64,000 nt of DNA from NCBI GenBank assembly GCA_023249195.1, contig JAHFDB010000002.1:13911-77910 (forward strand), written 5' to 3'. The position numbers and the translations under genes were made by a program. The stretch is from a bacterium (GTDB lineage: Bacteria; Margulisbacteria; Marinamargulisbacteria; SXXA01; JAHFDB01). This document shows positions 10,440 to 24,948 of this stretch, one piece after another; position 1 is the first letter of the stretch; every line of letters begins with the position of its first letter. The notes under the pieces are model-generated. The model saw only the letters and a list, made by a program, of their open reading frames with translations, did not search any database and had not been told where the DNA came from.

Positions 10440-10702
10440 TTCAAAGAATCCTTTTCAGCCGCTACAACTTCCACTAGTCTCCATTTTTTATTTTTACTAA
10501 TAGGCCGACATTCCATAATCTGAACCTTATCTCCAACTTTAGCCATATTATCAACATCATCAACCAAAAACTTACTAGAGACTTTATAGACCTTTCCATA
10601 GGTCTTATGCCTTTTTAAAATAACAACTCTAACTGAAACAGTCCTTAATCCTGACCGCTTTACAACTTCTCCAACTTTAACTTTTCTTAAACTTCTCTCC
10701 AC
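10436..10702 (-). CDS. rpsQ: 30S ribosomal protein S17
   Basis: 88 aa. GTG start with an AAGGAG Shine-Dalgarno 8 nt upstream. Only 10 nt separate it from rplP. Confidence 0.9.
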   Translation of the reverse strand: MERSLRKVKVGEVVKRSGLRTVSVRVVILKRHKTYGKVYKVSSKFLVDDVDNMAKVGDKVQIMECRPISKNKKWRLVEVVAAEKDSLK

Positions 10703-10712
10703 AAACTACTCC

Positions 10713-11126
10713 TTAAATATCAGTTTTAACCAATACCTTTGTTCTAATAGGCAACTTATAGGCAGCAAGCCTAAAAGCTTCCTTAGCCACTTCAAACTCA
10801 ACCCCTGCAAGCTCAAACAAAATATGTCCTGGTTTTACAACAGCAACCCAAAATTCGGGGTCTCCTTTTCCCTTACCCATTCTGGTTTCAGCAGGCAATT
10901 TTGTCACACTTTTATCCGGAAAAATACGAACCCATACTTTACCGCCTCTTTTAATGTATCGAGTCATAGCTCTTCTAGCTGATTCAATCTGCCGGTCTGT
11001 TATTGGTGCAGCAGCAACAGCCTGCAAAGCAAAGTCCCCAAATGCAACATAATTACCTCTGGCCGCTTTGCCTCTATTTCTACCTCTTTGGGTCTTCCTA
11101 TATTTAGTCTTTTTAGGTTGTAACAT
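10713..11126 (-). CDS. rplP: 50S ribosomal protein L16
   Basis: 137 aa L16/L10e family. Confidence 0.93.
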   Translation of the reverse strand: MLQPKKTKYRKTQRGRNRGKAARGNYVAFGDFALQAVAAAPITDRQIESARRAMTRYIKRGGKVWVRIFPDKSVTKLPAETRMGKGKGDPEFWVAVVKPGHILFELAGVEFEVAKEAFRLAAYKLPIRTKVLVKTDI

Positions 11127-11142
11127 AACGATCCTCTTCTAT

Positions 11143-11808
11143 CTAATTGTTTTCGACATCCGATTTTTTCATCTCGTTAAAGGTCAAAATATCACCTCGA
11201 TAAACCCAAACCTTAACACCGATTTTACCAAAAGTGGTCAAAGCTTCGCTAAATGAATAGTCAATATCAGCTCTAAAAGTATGCAATGGAATCTTACCTT
11301 CCCTATGCCATTCAACCCTAGCAATTTCAGCTCCACCCAAACGACCCGAGCAACAAACCTTCACACCTTTAGCTCCAGATTTCAAAGATTTCTGGACTGT
11401 CATTTTCATAATTCTTCTAAAAGGAACTCTTTTCTCAAGTTGAGAAACAATCCACTCTCCAAGGAGACGAGAACTTAAATCCGGAGTTTTTTCTTCGAGA
11501 ATATTAACCTTAATTTTTTTTCCAAACTTTTTAAATAACTCATCTTGAATAATTCCAAGATCCACCCCACCGCTTTTTCCCAAAATAATACCGGGTCTAG
11601 CTACCCAAACATTAGCCTCAGTAGAGTTTGCCTTGCGATTAACCTGTATTTTTGAGATGCCTGCTTTACCAAGATCATCCTTTAAAACTTTTCTTAAGTT
11701 AAAATCTTCCAACAAAAGAGCAGGATACTCCTTATCCGCAAACCAAGTAGATTCCCAATCTCTAATAATACCCAAACGTAAACAAATAGGATTCGCTTTT
11801 TGACCCAT
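11143..11808 (-). CDS. rpsC: 30S ribosomal protein S3
   Basis: 221 aa with KH plus S3 C-terminal domains. Confidence 0.93.
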   Translation of the reverse strand: MGQKANPICLRLGIIRDWESTWFADKEYPALLLEDFNLRKVLKDDLGKAGISKIQVNRKANSTEANVWVARPGIILGKSGGVDLGIIQDELFKKFGKKIKVNILEEKTPDLSSRLLGEWIVSQLEKRVPFRRIMKMTVQKSLKSGAKGVKVCCSGRLGGAEIARVEWHREGKIPLHTFRADIDYSFSEALTTFGKIGVKVWVYRGDILTFNEMKKSDVENN

Positions 11809-12185
11809 TATCTTACTCCTCCTGACTTAGAAGACAACAACAAACTAACATGAGAAGTTCTTTTAATAATTTTATAGATACGCCCCCTCGCCTTAGGCTG
11901 AAATCTTTTAAAATGAGATCCTTCATTTACCATTAATTCCGAAATATAGAGAGGATCAATCACATCTGAATTATTTCTTGCATTAGCAACGGCTGACTGC
12001 ACTATCTTCAATAAAAGCTTTGCGCCTTTATGAGGCAATTGCTTTAATAAAGATTCTGCGTATATCGTTTCTTTTCCTCTAACAACATTAGCAACCCTAC
12101 GCAATTTATAGGGAGATATCCTTATATTAAAACCTTTTGCTGAAGAAACAACGGCTTTAGATTTCAAAATTTTCACGTTATTCAC
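11808..12185 (-). CDS. rplV: 50S ribosomal protein L22
   Basis: 125 aa. Confidence 0.92.
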   Translation of the reverse strand: MNNVKILKSKAVVSSAKGFNIRISPYKLRRVANVVRGKETIYAESLLKQLPHKGAKLLLKIVQSAVANARNNSDVIDPLYISELMVNEGSHFKRFQPKARGRIYKIIKRTSHVSLLLSSKSGGVR

Positions 12186-12458
12186 TTATTTCTTCTCCTT
12201 CTCACCAGAATGAGATCTGAAGGTCCTAGTAGGAGAAAATTCGCCTAATTTATGGCCTACCATATTTTCCAAAACAAACACAGGAACATGCTTACGCCCA
12301 TTGTAGACCCCCAAAGTATGCCCAATCATTTCAGGGATAACAGTTGATCTTCTTGACCAAGTTTTAATTAATTTCTTAGTTCCAGATTCATTCATTACAT
12401 CAACATGCTTCAATAACGATTCTTCAACAAAATAACCTTTTTTCAAAGAACGAGCCAC
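12186..12458 (-). CDS. rpsS: 30S ribosomal protein S19
   Basis: 90 aa, starts [11 protein letters not shown]. Confidence 0.94.
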   Translation of the reverse strand: MARSLKKGYFVEESLLKHVDVMNESGTKKLIKTWSRRSTVIPEMIGHTLGVYNGRKHVPVFVLENMVGHKLGEFSPTRTFRSHSGEKEKK

Positions 12459-12468
12459 GCAATTTCTC

Positions 12469-13299
12469 CTACTTCTTCTTTCGACTTAATATAAACGACT
12501 TAGACTTTTTTCTTTTATTTCTTGTTTTGTATCCCAAAGCAGGTTTCCCCCAAGGAGTCAAAGGGCGCGCCCTTCCAACAGGCGATTTTCCTTCACCACC
12601 ACCATGAGGATGATCACAGGGATTCATAACCGATCCTCTTACAGAAGGTCTTTTTCTAGCCCATCTAGAAGCACCCGCCTTACCCACAACCCTATTTCTA
12701 TAATCAAGATTTCCTACCTGACCAATCGTTGCTCTGCATTTTTCATGTATCAACCTAATTTCACCAGAAGGTAACCGTATAGAAACATAATCATTATTTT
12801 TACCCAAAATAGTAGCAACTGCGCCTGCAGACCTAACCAATTGTCCACCTCGACCAGCTACTAATTCAATATTATGTATAAAAGTACCCACAGGAATATT
12901 CTCGAGAGGCAAACAATTACCCATTTTTATATCTGAATTCTTGCCAGACACAATTCTATCTCCAACCTTAAGTCCATTAGTAGCTAAAATGTACGATTTA
13001 TCCCCATTGATATAGTTGACAAGAGCCACATTTGATGTCCTAAAAGGATCGTATTCAATAGAGACAACCACACCATAAATATCATCATTAATTCTCTTTA
13101 CATCAATAACCCTGTACTGCCGCTTATTGCCACCACCACGATGACGGACTGTAATTCTACCCGTATTATTTCTCCCCGACTTATTCGAGATCTTAACTAA
13201 AAGCGATTTTTCAGGACCATTTTTTGAAAGATGAGACGCATCCACCACTTTTCTTTGTCTAAGGGAAGGCGTAACTGGTCTATAACTCTTAATACTCAT
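12469..13299 (-). CDS. rplB: 50S ribosomal protein L2
   Basis: 276 aa with the HPHGGGEGK motif. Confidence 0.95.
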   Translation of the reverse strand: MSIKSYRPVTPSLRQRKVVDASHLSKNGPEKSLLVKISNKSGRNNTGRITVRHRGGGNKRQYRVIDVKRINDDIYGVVVSIEYDPFRTSNVALVNYINGDKSYILATNGLKVGDRIVSGKNSDIKMGNCLPLENIPVGTFIHNIELVAGRGGQLVRSAGAVATILGKNNDYVSIRLPSGEIRLIHEKCRATIGQVGNLDYRNRVVGKAGASRWARKRPSVRGSVMNPCDHPHGGGEGKSPVGRARPLTPWGKPALGYKTRNKRKKSKSFILSRKKK

Positions 13300-13308
13300 A
13301 AAAATTCC

Positions 13309-13587
13309 TTAAAATATTTCTTTAAATTCTTTAATCTCTTGTCCAGAAAAAAGTGTTACAATCGCCTTTTTACGATCTGGAAGAGTAACAATATGCTTAC
13401 CTTTTCTTTTAACTTTACCCTTTAACAGAAGGGTATTAACAGCTTTTACTTTAACCCCATATTTTTTAGAAATATACTTAGAAATATCTATTTTATTAGC
13501 ATTCAAATTAACAAAATAGGTATACTTAAACTGCCTTGACAAGGCAACAGAAGACTTTTCAGAAACCAAAGGTTTAATACTTATCAT
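13309..13587 (-). CDS. rplW: 50S ribosomal protein L23
   Basis: 92 aa. Confidence 0.9.
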   Translation of the reverse strand: MISIKPLVSEKSSVALSRQFKYTYFVNLNANKIDISKYISKKYGVKVKAVNTLLLKGKVKRKGKHIVTLPDRKKAIVTLFSGQEIKEFKEIF

Positions 13588-14216
13588 AACTTATACACCT
13601 TATCTGCTATTTGATTAAAACATGTCGAAGACACAATAATCAACTTTGCTTGATTTAAATACTGAATGCGCATATTTCTAGGAGAACAGAAAACCACATT
13701 TGGAAGATTACGAGAAGATTTAAACAAAGAATCATCCGTTTCATCAAGAATAATAGTCACTTTTTCTGTTCCAACAAGTCTTCCTTTAAGAAAATCCGAA
13801 AAAATTTTAGTGGAAATTTTAGTGTCTTGTGGATCTAAAACAATAATCCTGTCACTCTTATGATTAAACAAAATTTCAAAAGACAAATTTACAAGATTTT
13901 TATTTAATTTAAAAGAAAAATCACGTGGCTTAGGACCAAAAACTACTCCGCCGCCCCTCCGCAAAGGAGTTCTATTAGAACCTCTCCTAGCATGTCCCGT
14001 ACCTTTCTGCTTATAAGGTTTGGACCCACCGCCAGAAACCTCTCCTTTAGTCTTTGAAGAAGCCGAACCTTGCCTAGAAATAGCTCGCTGGTATTTATCT
14101 ACTAAATAAAGAACATGCTCACTATTATTACCGGTAGTTTCAGAAGAAACACCTATTTCTCTTGAACCAACCTCTTTACCCTCTAAATTAAGAACAGAAA
14201 TTTTCATAACATTCAC
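13584..14216 (-). CDS. rplD: 50S ribosomal protein L4
   Basis: 210 aa. Confidence 0.92.
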   Translation of the reverse strand: MNVMKISVLNLEGKEVGSREIGVSSETTGNNSEHVLYLVDKYQRAISRQGSASSKTKGEVSGGGSKPYKQKGTGHARRGSNRTPLRRGGGVVFGPKPRDFSFKLNKNLVNLSFEILFNHKSDRIIVLDPQDTKISTKIFSDFLKGRLVGTEKVTIILDETDDSLFKSSRNLPNVVFCSPRNMRIQYLNQAKLIIVSSTCFNQIADKVYKL

Positions 14217-14217
14217 C

Positions 14218-14838
14218 TTAATTAAATACTTCTATTTTAGCATTCCTTTTTCCAGGAACTGCCCCTTTAACAAACACATAATGATGCTCCGTATCAATAC
14301 AAACGATCCTAAGATTTTTAACAGTGACCTTAGCATCGCCCATATGCCCCGCCATACGCTTACCCTTGAGAACTCGTCCTGGAGTAGTACCTGCGCCGAT
14401 AGAACCAGGAGCTCTATAATTCTTAGAGCCGTGGCTCCGAGGACCTCTTGAAAAGTTATGTCTTTTAATTGTCCCAGCAAACCCCTTACCAATACTTACA
14501 CCACGAACATTAACTTTTTCCTCAACTGAAAAAAGAGATGATGTCACATCCATGCCTTCAGAAAACAGAACATTAGCTTTAACACTCACTTCCCTAACAA
14601 CCTTCTTAGGAGTAGTATTTAAGCCCTTAAATATCCCCATCTCAGGTCGATTACACTTTTTTTCCACCTTCTCATCAAACCCCATTAACAAGGTGACAGA
14701 CTCTTTATCCGACTGAGGTGTCAACTTCAATACCTGACAAGGCCCTACTCGCAAAACCGTTACAGGCAAAACTTCACCAGCTTCAGTAATGTACTGAGTC
14801 ATACCAATTTTTTCACCTAACAAAAACTTATTTAACAT
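14218..14838 (-). CDS. rplC: 50S ribosomal protein L3
   Basis: 206 aa. Confidence 0.93.
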   Translation of the reverse strand: MLNKFLLGEKIGMTQYITEAGEVLPVTVLRVGPCQVLKLTPQSDKESVTLLMGFDEKVEKKCNRPEMGIFKGLNTTPKKVVREVSVKANVLFSEGMDVTSSLFSVEEKVNVRGVSIGKGFAGTIKRHNFSRGPRSHGSKNYRAPGSIGAGTTPGRVLKGKRMAGHMGDAKVTVKNLRIVCIDTEHHYVFVKGAVPGKRNAKIEVFN

Positions 14839-14882
14839 ATCATTTCTCTCTATTAGACTTTTTACAAAAGTGAAAGCTCTTA

Positions 14883-15236
14883 TTAATTAAGCTTTATTTC
14901 GATATTAACACCAGCTGGAAGATCAAGCTTCATAAGAGCATCGACAGTAGAACTTGGAGGATCCAAGATATCTATCAATCTTTTATGAATTCTAACCTCA
15001 AAGTGCTCTCCACCCCTTTTATCAACGTGAGGAGACTTCAGAACACACCAAATCTTCTTCTGCGTAGGTAAGGGTATCGGTCCCAAAACTTTTGCGCCAG
15101 ATCTCTGTGCCGTGTTAACAATCCGCTCAGCAGACTGATCAATAACACGATGATCAAAGGCTTTTAATCTTATCCTGATCTTTTGCTTAGACTCAGAAGA
15201 TTTTTTACTCGGTTTCAATACAACTTTTTTTGACAC
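14883..15236 (-). CDS. rpsJ: 30S ribosomal protein S10
   Basis: Core [17 protein letters not shown], with a roughly 15 aa N-terminal extension relative to typical S10. Confidence 0.9.
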   Translation of the reverse strand: MSKKVVLKPSKKSSESKQKIRIRLKAFDHRVIDQSAERIVNTAQRSGAKVLGPIPLPTQKKIWCVLKSPHVDKRGGEHFEVRIHKRLIDILDPPSSTVDALMKLDLPAGVNIEIKLN

Positions 15237-15251
15237 AAATCAATCCTTTAA

Positions 15252-16454
15252 TTAAGCAATAATCTTGGTAACAACACCTGCACCAACAGTTCGTCCACCC
15301 TCACGAATGGCAAACCTCAAACCCTCTTCACAAGCCACAGGAACAATCAACTCAACTTCAATCGAAATATTATCGCCAGGCATAACCATTTCGACACCTT
15401 CCGGTAAAAATACAGCTCCAGTAACATCCGTTGTTCTAATATAGAATTGCGGGCGATAACCTTTAAAAAAAGGAGTGTGACGACCTCCCTCTTCTTTCTT
15501 CAATACATAAACCTCAGCTTTAAACTTATTATGAGGCTTAATAGAACCCGGCTTAGCCAAAACCTGACCCCTCTTAAGATCTTCCTTTTCTATTCCCCTC
15601 AAAAGAAGGCCAACATTATCACCAGCCTGACCCTGATCTAATAACTTTCTAAACATTTCAACACCAGTTACAGTGGTCTTCCTAATATCCTCGGACATTC
15701 CAACCACTTCAACCTCTTCGCCAACCTTTACAATACCCCGCTCAACTCTTCCAGTACCCACAGTCCCTCGACCAGTGATACTAAAAACATCTTCAACAGG
15801 CATCAAAAAGGGCTTGTCAATTTGTCTTTCGGGCATAGGAATATAAGCATCAACAGCATCCATCAAATCCCAGATACACTTTGCATCTACTGAATTTCTT
15901 GAACTATCCTTAGCTTCACAAGCTTTCAATGCAGACCCTTTAATAAAGGGAATGTCATCTCCAGGATAATCATATTTACTCAAAAGCTCTCTCAACTCCA
16001 TCTCAACAAGGTCAATCAACTCAGGATCATCCACCATATCCACCTTGTTCATAAAAACAACCAAAGACGGAACATTGACCTGACGAGCCAAAAGGATATG
16101 CTCTCTTGTTTGAGGCATGGGCCCATCTGCTGCACTCACAACCAAAATACCCCCATCCATTTGGGCAGCACCGGTAATCATATTTTTAACATAATCTGCG
16201 TGACCAGGACAATCCACATGAGCATAGTGACGCTTTTCAGTTTCATATTCCACGTGAGCAGTAGCAATAGTAATTCCACGAGCTTTTTCTTCTGGAGCAG
16301 CATCGATTTGATCATAAGCTCTATACTCAGCACCCCCAATAGAGGACAACACCTTTGTAATCGCCGATGTCAATGTTGTCTTTCCATGATCGACGTGCCC
16401 AATTGTTCCAATGTTAACGTGAGGTTTAGTCCTCTCAAATTTTTCCTTAGCCAT
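15252..16454 (-). CDS. tuf: elongation factor Tu
   Basis: 400 aa with [18 protein letters not shown] and NKVD motifs. Sits between fusA and rpsJ. Confidence 0.96.
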   Translation of the reverse strand: MAKEKFERTKPHVNIGTIGHVDHGKTTLTSAITKVLSSIGGAEYRAYDQIDAAPEEKARGITIATAHVEYETEKRHYAHVDCPGHADYVKNMITGAAQMDGGILVVSAADGPMPQTREHILLARQVNVPSLVVFMNKVDMVDDPELIDLVEMELRELLSKYDYPGDDIPFIKGSALKACEAKDSSRNSVDAKCIWDLMDAVDAYIPMPERQIDKPFLMPVEDVFSITGRGTVGTGRVERGIVKVGEEVEVVGMSEDIRKTTVTGVEMFRKLLDQGQAGDNVGLLLRGIEKEDLKRGQVLAKPGSIKPHNKFKAEVYVLKKEEGGRHTPFFKGYRPQFYIRTTDVTGAVFLPEGVEMVMPGDNISIEVELIVPVACEEGLRFAIREGGRTVGAGVVTKIIA

Positions 16455-16457
16455 AAC

Positions 16458-18545
16458 CTATTTTCCTCCTTTGCTCTTATCAGCAACTAATGATTCAAAG
16501 ATTTGTTTAGGGCACTCACTATACATAAAAAAGCGCATAGTGTAAATACCTCTGCCTTGAGAAAGTGATCTCAAAGTGGTCGCATATCCAAACATCTCAG
16601 ACAAGGGTACCAAAGCTTTAATAACGTGTATATTATTTTTATTGGCTTCGATTTTTTCAATTTTTCCACGACGGCTATTTAAATCAGAAATAGCATCTCC
16701 CATATTTTGCTCTGGAACTTCTACTTCCACATCCATCACAGGCTCAAGAATAACTGGACCCGCCTCTTTTATAGCATCTTTTACTGCATAAGAGCCCGCA
16801 ATTTGAAAGGCAATATCAGAAGAATCGACAGGATGGAAAGATCCATCTAATACAATAATCTTAAGATCTATTACAGGATAACCCGCTGTAACTCCGCCTG
16901 ACAGAGCTTCAATAATCCCCTTCTCAATAGAAGGAATATACTCCTTTGGAATACGTCCACCCACAACTTTACTTTCAAATTGAAAGCCAGCACCTCTTTC
17001 AAGAGGCTCGATTTCAATAATACAGTGTCCATATTGCCCTCTACCACCTGTTTGACGAATAAACTTTCCTTCTGCCTTTGCCTTCTTAGCAATAGATTCT
17101 TTATACGCAACCTGTGGTTTACCGATATTAGCAGCAACTGCAAACTCTCTTAGGAGTCTGTCCGCAATAATTTCCAAATGCAACTCACCCATCCCAGAAA
17201 TAATTGTCTGACTTGTCTCAGAATCTGTCCGATACCTAAAAGTAGGATCTTCATCAGAGAGCTTTTCCAGAGCGGTTGAAAGCTTCTCTTGATCCGTTTT
17301 TGTTTTAGGCTCAATGGCAACAAAAATAACCGGTTCTGGAAAATCTATACTTTCAAGAACAACCCCATCTGTTTCAAGACATAAGGTATCTCCGGTCTTG
17401 GTATATTTAAGGCCAATAGCGCCTATGATATCTCCCGCAATAGATTCAGTCATTTCAGCTCTGGTATTCGCATGCATCTGAACAATCCGACCCACACGTT
17501 CTCGTTTATCCCTAGTCGTATTCATGATATAAGTACCTGGCATTAACTTGCCAGAGTAGACTCTGATGTAAGTTAATTTACCTACAAAAGGATCCGTTTG
17601 CACTTTAAAAGCCAAAGCAGCAAGAGGCTCCAACTCACTTGGCTTTCTTTGAACTTCCAAACCCGATTTGACATCAATACCTTTAACTGGAGGCAAATCC
17701 AAAGGAGAAGGAAGATAATCAATAACAGCATCCAATAGAGGCTGAACGGCTTTATTTTTAAAAGCAGCACCACACAAAACAGGAACCAATGTCCCATCTA
17801 TCGTCAGCTTTCTTAAAGCACGCTTAATTTCAGCTTCTGAGAGAGTTCCTGTCTCAAGATATTTTTCAAGAAGCTCATCTTCCGCCTCAGTAACAGCTTC
17901 CAACAACTTCTCTCGCAGAGAAGCTACCTTGTCTTGGTGATCAGCTCTAATATCACACACCTCAAAAGCACCCTTTTCACCGCCCTCTTTAAAGAGATAT
18001 TCCTTTTGAGCAATAATATCGATTACACCTTCAAAAAAGTCTTCTTTGCCTATGGGATAATTAATAACAATAGGTCTTGCGTGCAAAACATCCACAATCA
18101 TTTGAACAACACGATCAAAATCAGCACCAACCCTATCCATCTTATTGACAAAAGCAATGCGAGGAACCTGATATTTAACCGCTTGTCTCCAAACTGTCTC
18201 GCTTTGAGGCTGAACACCACCTACAGAACAAAATACTCCAACCATACCATCTAGAACACGTAGAGAACGCTCAACTTCTACCGTAAAATCAACGTGCCCA
18301 GGAGTATCGATAATATTAATACAGCTATCTTTCCAGTAACAGGTTGTAGCCGCAGAAGTAATTGTAATACCACGCTCTTGCTCTTGAACCATCCAGTCCA
18401 TAGTCGCATTTCCGTCATGAACCTCGCCAATTTTATGAGATTTTCCAGTATAATACAAAACACGCTCTGTTAATGTCGTTTTACCTGCATCGATATGCGC
18501 TGCAATCCCAATATTTCTTACTTTATCTAAAGTCTTATGTTCCAT
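16458..18545 (-). CDS. fusA: elongation factor G
   Basis: 695 aa with AHIDAGKTT and the five EF-G domains. Confidence 0.96.
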   Translation of the reverse strand: MEHKTLDKVRNIGIAAHIDAGKTTLTERVLYYTGKSHKIGEVHDGNATMDWMVQEQERGITITSAATTCYWKDSCINIIDTPGHVDFTVEVERSLRVLDGMVGVFCSVGGVQPQSETVWRQAVKYQVPRIAFVNKMDRVGADFDRVVQMIVDVLHARPIVINYPIGKEDFFEGVIDIIAQKEYLFKEGGEKGAFEVCDIRADHQDKVASLREKLLEAVTEAEDELLEKYLETGTLSEAEIKRALRKLTIDGTLVPVLCGAAFKNKAVQPLLDAVIDYLPSPLDLPPVKGIDVKSGLEVQRKPSELEPLAALAFKVQTDPFVGKLTYIRVYSGKLMPGTYIMNTTRDKRERVGRIVQMHANTRAEMTESIAGDIIGAIGLKYTKTGDTLCLETDGVVLESIDFPEPVIFVAIEPKTKTDQEKLSTALEKLSDEDPTFRYRTDSETSQTIISGMGELHLEIIADRLLREFAVAANIGKPQVAYKESIAKKAKAEGKFIRQTGGRGQYGHCIIEIEPLERGAGFQFESKVVGGRIPKEYIPSIEKGIIEALSGGVTAGYPVIDLKIIVLDGSFHPVDSSDIAFQIAGSYAVKDAIKEAGPVILEPVMDVEVEVPEQNMGDAISDLNSRRGKIEKIEANKNNIHVIKALVPLSEMFGYATTLRSLSQGRGIYTMRFFMYSECPKQIFESLVADKSKGGK

Positions 18546-18551
18546 AATAAA

Positions 18552-19022
18552 TTACCACTTAAAGTGGGCAAACGCTTTGTTTGCCTCTGCCATTTTATGA
18601 GTTTCTTCTCTTTTTTTGATAGTAGCCCCAACCTTGTTGTACACATCTATCAATTCAGAGGCAAGCTGAGCCACCATAGAACGACCTGACCTTTCTCTTG
18701 AGTATTTAATAATCCATCTCATAGAAAGAGCTGTAGCACGATCAGCCCTAACTTCCACAGGAACTTGATAGGTAGATCCGCCCACTCTTCTAGATCTTAC
18801 TTCCATCAAAGGCATTGCATGTCTCAAGGCTTTTTCAAAAGCTTGCAACTGACCTTCTTTGACAGATTCAGAAAGGGTATCCAATGCATCGTACACAATC
18901 GTTTGTGCAAGACTCTTCTTACCTTTCATCATTACTTTATTAATAAACTTGGCAAGAGTAATACTTCCATATCTTGGATCAGGCTTACACTCTCTGCGTT
19001 TTTGCCCTGCTTTTCGTGACAT
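18552..19022 (-). CDS. rpsG: 30S ribosomal protein S7
   Basis: 156 aa. Confidence 0.94.
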   Translation of the reverse strand: MSRKAGQKRRECKPDPRYGSITLAKFINKVMMKGKKSLAQTIVYDALDTLSESVKEGQLQAFEKALRHAMPLMEVRSRRVGGSTYQVPVEVRADRATALSMRWIIKYSRERSGRSMVAQLASELIDVYNKVGATIKKREETHKMAEANKAFAHFKW

Positions 19023-19409
19023 CTATTTTTTTCCTTCTTTCTTTTTCTTTTTTGTCCCGTAAACAGACCGAGACTGCTTTCTATCATTAACACCTTGAAG
19101 GTCTCCTCGACCTCTCTCGGTATGATAACGCACCCCGGGAAGATCTTTCACTCTTCCACCTCTGATATATACAACCGAGTGCTCTTGAAGATTATGTCCC
19201 TCCCCAGGGATATAGGACGTCACTTCAAAACCGTTAGAGAGTCTAATTCTTGCTACTTTTCTCAAAGCAGAGTTAGGCTTTTTAGGAGTCGTTGTATAAA
19301 CCCTCAAGCAAACGCCTCTTTTCTGAGGTGAGCTTTGAAGAGCTGGGGACTTACTTTTTACTTTTTTAGGCTTTCTTTTCCTTTTAATTAACTGATTCGC
19401 TGTAGGCAA
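19023..19409 (-). CDS. rpsL: 30S ribosomal protein S12
   Basis: Starts [15 protein letters not shown] start with a GGAGAGG Shine-Dalgarno. Has a Lys-rich C-terminal tail (KKKKKEGKK). Confidence 0.93.
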   Translation of the reverse strand: MPTANQLIKRKRKPKKVKSKSPALQSSPQKRGVCLRVYTTTPKKPNSALRKVARIRLSNGFEVTSYIPGEGHNLQEHSVVYIRGGRVKDLPGVRYHTERGRGDLQGVNDRKQSRSVYGTKKKKKEGKK

Positions 19410-19456
19410 TGTTCCTCTCCTAAGAATAAAAAAGATGGGGCACTATCTTAGCCAAA

Positions 19457-22346
<2,890 letters not shown>

Positions 22347-22350
<4 letters not shown>

Positions 22351-23069
22351 TTAAGAGTAAAGTGATCACCAAGATAAAATTTTCTTGCAACAGAATTATT
22401 GGCAATTTCAGTAGAATTTCCAGACAAAAGTAATTGTCCATTATGAATCAAGTAAGCTCTATCTGTAATAGCCAACGTTTCTCGTACATTATGGTCAGTA
22501 ATAATGACGCCTAGATTACGATTTTTAAGGGCCACTATAATCGTTTGGATTTCAGCAACTGCAATAGGATCAATACCTGCAAATGGCTCATCCAACAAAA
22601 TAAACGAAGGGTTTGTGGCCAAAGCACGGATGATTTCAACACGTCTTTTTTCCCCCCCAGACAACTCAACTCCCTTAGCTTTTTTTAAATGCAAAAGCCC
22701 CATCTCACCCAATAGTTGATCCAACCTAGAACTAAACTCCGATTTAGGAATAGTACCCAGAATTTCCCACAAAATATAAATATTTTCTTCCACTGTAAGC
22801 TTCTTAAAAATCGACGACTCTTGAGGAAGATACCCTAAACCCATCCGTGCCCGCTGAAACATAGGCACCTTAGTAATATCTTCGGAATCAAGAAAAACTT
22901 GCCCACTATCTGGCTTAACAAGTCCAATAATCATATAAAAAGTGGTTGTCTTACCCGCACCATTAGGGCCCAAAAGCCCCACAATTTCACCTCTATTCAT
23001 TGTAAGGCTCACACCATCTACAACAAGACGTCCATGATAGGATTTTTTCAGATCTTTAATTTCAATCAT
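22347..23069 (-). CDS. lptB: LPS export ABC transporter ATP-binding protein LptB
   Basis: 240 aa with Walker A GPNGAGKTT and an LSGGEKRRV signature. Confidence 0.85.
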
Positions 23070-24154
23070 GTACGAGTCACCCTTACAGGGTTCAATACGA
23101 AAGTAGAAGGAATTTCTTGAGTGGATTTCTGAAAATTAATCATCTTCACACCATAAACATAGTCTTCCTCGACAAACTGCCTCATGTTACCTAAAGAATC
23201 AAGCACCTCTTTAATACGCCGAGAGCAGGTTTCAATACCAGTCAATACTTGTTTTTCAGGAGATCCCTCAGAAAAGTGTTTATGCAAAGCCTGAGATCCT
23301 ATCAAAATACTTGTCAAAGGATTTCTAATATCATGATTCAAAGCAACTTGTACCTGATCAATCAACTTTTCTTTCTCTTCTTGAATAATAGGATCTGTCA
23401 GCTGTATTTTTGAATGGGACAAAGGCATAGAAGGACCCATGCGCAACAAACGTTTAAACCTCAACTGTATATCATGAGACACCAAAGGCTTCAAAATATA
23501 GTCATCCACCCTCTCTAAAAATACGCCTTTAGAACCAGAAAGATCATCTAAAGATATCGCTAACACCCGTTTAATATGGGTATATCGTTCAGACAAAACA
23601 GCTAAACTCTCATTCAAAAAGCCTTCAGATAATGCTGCATCGAATACCACTACAGAAGGAAAAGCGGATTCAATCAACGCAATCCCCTCTTCTTTTTTAG
23701 AAGCCCTCAAAACCAAAAACCCTTGAGAAGCAAGACTCTTTACAAGAGCTTCTTGTAATTCATAAGAAGCGGTTAGTACCACAATTTTTGTCATGGGAAC
23801 CTTGAGTAACTTCTTAACGCGAAACAACAAGTCGAATTTATAAAAAGGTCTAAGTATATAATCTTGACCACTTAGTAACAAAAGGCTCGCCTCCTGAGAC
23901 AATTCCGAAGAAGAAGCAATATAGAGAATAGGGATTGAACACGAAACAATCGCCTGACGCATATCAGAAAACAAAGAATCCTCAAGGCAAAAACCTACAT
24001 CTAACAAAACAAGATCAATAGAGTGTTCTTTTAAGGCCGTCCGGACAGCCTCGCCAGTATAAGCTTCAAAAATCGAAAAACCTTCTTGAAAAAGAGCTGC
24101 CTTTATTTGATCGGAATAACAAGGAGAAGAATCTACAACAAGAATGGCTGTCAT
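23066..24154 (-). CDS. tandem receiver (REC-REC) protein with a C-terminal HisKA/DHp phosphoacceptor domain and no HATPase domain
   Basis: Two CheY-like receiver segments (VVDSS...LLDVGF and VVLTAS...VVFDA...ILKPL), then an H-box NHDIRNPLTSI. The ORF ends without an ATP-binding domain and overlaps lptB by 4 nt. Confidence 0.6.
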   Translation of the reverse strand: MTAILVVDSSPCYSDQIKAALFQEGFSIFEAYTGEAVRTALKEHSIDLVLLDVGFCLEDSLFSDMRQAIVSCSIPILYIASSSELSQEASLLLLSGQDYILRPFYKFDLLFRVKKLLKVPMTKIVVLTASYELQEALVKSLASQGFLVLRASKKEEGIALIESAFPSVVVFDAALSEGFLNESLAVLSERYTHIKRVLAISLDDLSGSKGVFLERVDDYILKPLVSHDIQLRFKRLLRMGPSMPLSHSKIQLTDPIIQEEKEKLIDQVQVALNHDIRNPLTSILIGSQALHKHFSEGSPEKQVLTGIETCSRRIKEVLDSLGNMRQFVEEDYVYGVKMINFQKSTQEIPSTFVLNPVRVTRT

Positions 24155-24948
24155 ACTCGATACTCCCTTTGAATCCTTTCAATAGAAACGGCCCTGCCAC
24201 TAATGGCATCAACAGATACTTTAATGCCAGAAATAACCCGAGATCCAGAATCCATCGCATTAAAACGGACAGGCAACTGTGTTAAGAATTTTTGAATAAT
24301 AACGCCCCTCTCCATTCCAAGTATACCACCAGAAGCTCCCGTCATCCCAATATCAGTGATGTAGGCCGTCCCTTTTTCAAGAATTCTCTCGTCTGCGGTC
24401 TGCACATGGGTATGTGTACCAAAAACACAAGCCACCTTGCCATCTAAAAACCAACCCATAGCCTGTTTTTCTGAAGTTGCTTCAGCATGAAAATCAACCA
24501 GAATAATCTGAACTTCTTTTGCCAATGTCTCCATCTGAGATTGCATCTTTTGAAATGGACAATCAGAAGGATGCATAAACACCCTCCCAATGATATTTAC
24601 AACCGCAATTTTAATGTCATTAAACTGACAAATCTTAACCCCTAACCCAGGCGATCCTTTAGGAAAATTAAGAGGCCGGATCAGTTTCGGCATTTGGGAA
24701 AACTGATCCATAATTTCCTTTTTGTCATAAACATGATTTCCAGAAGTAAAAACCTGAACATCCAAAGAATCGAGCTCTTTATACGATTTCAAAGTAATAC
24801 CAAAACCACCAGAAGCATTTTCAACGTTCAAGACAGTAAAATGAGCATGGTTCTCCTGCTGAAGAGACCTCAGTTCCCTTAAGAGAATATGTCGTCCCAA
24901 TTTCCCTACCACATCTCCTAAGCATAAAATATTGAGAATCTTACTCAC
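24151..24948 (-). CDS. YmdB-family metallophosphoesterase (2',3'-cyclic-nucleotide phosphodiesterase-like)
   Basis: N-terminus MSKILNILCLGDVVGKLGR...GNH. Shows the conserved rny-ymdB pairing. Confidence 0.85.
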   Translation of the reverse strand: MSKILNILCLGDVVGKLGRHILLRELRSLQQENHAHFTVLNVENASGGFGITLKSYKELDSLDVQVFTSGNHVYDKKEIMDQFSQMPKLIRPLNFPKGSPGLGVKICQFNDIKIAVVNIIGRVFMHPSDCPFQKMQSQMETLAKEVQIILVDFHAEATSEKQAMGWFLDGKVACVFGTHTHVQTADERILEKGTAYITDIGMTGASGGILGMERGVIIQKFLTQLPVRFNAMDSGSRVISGIKVSVDAISGRAVSIERIQREYRV

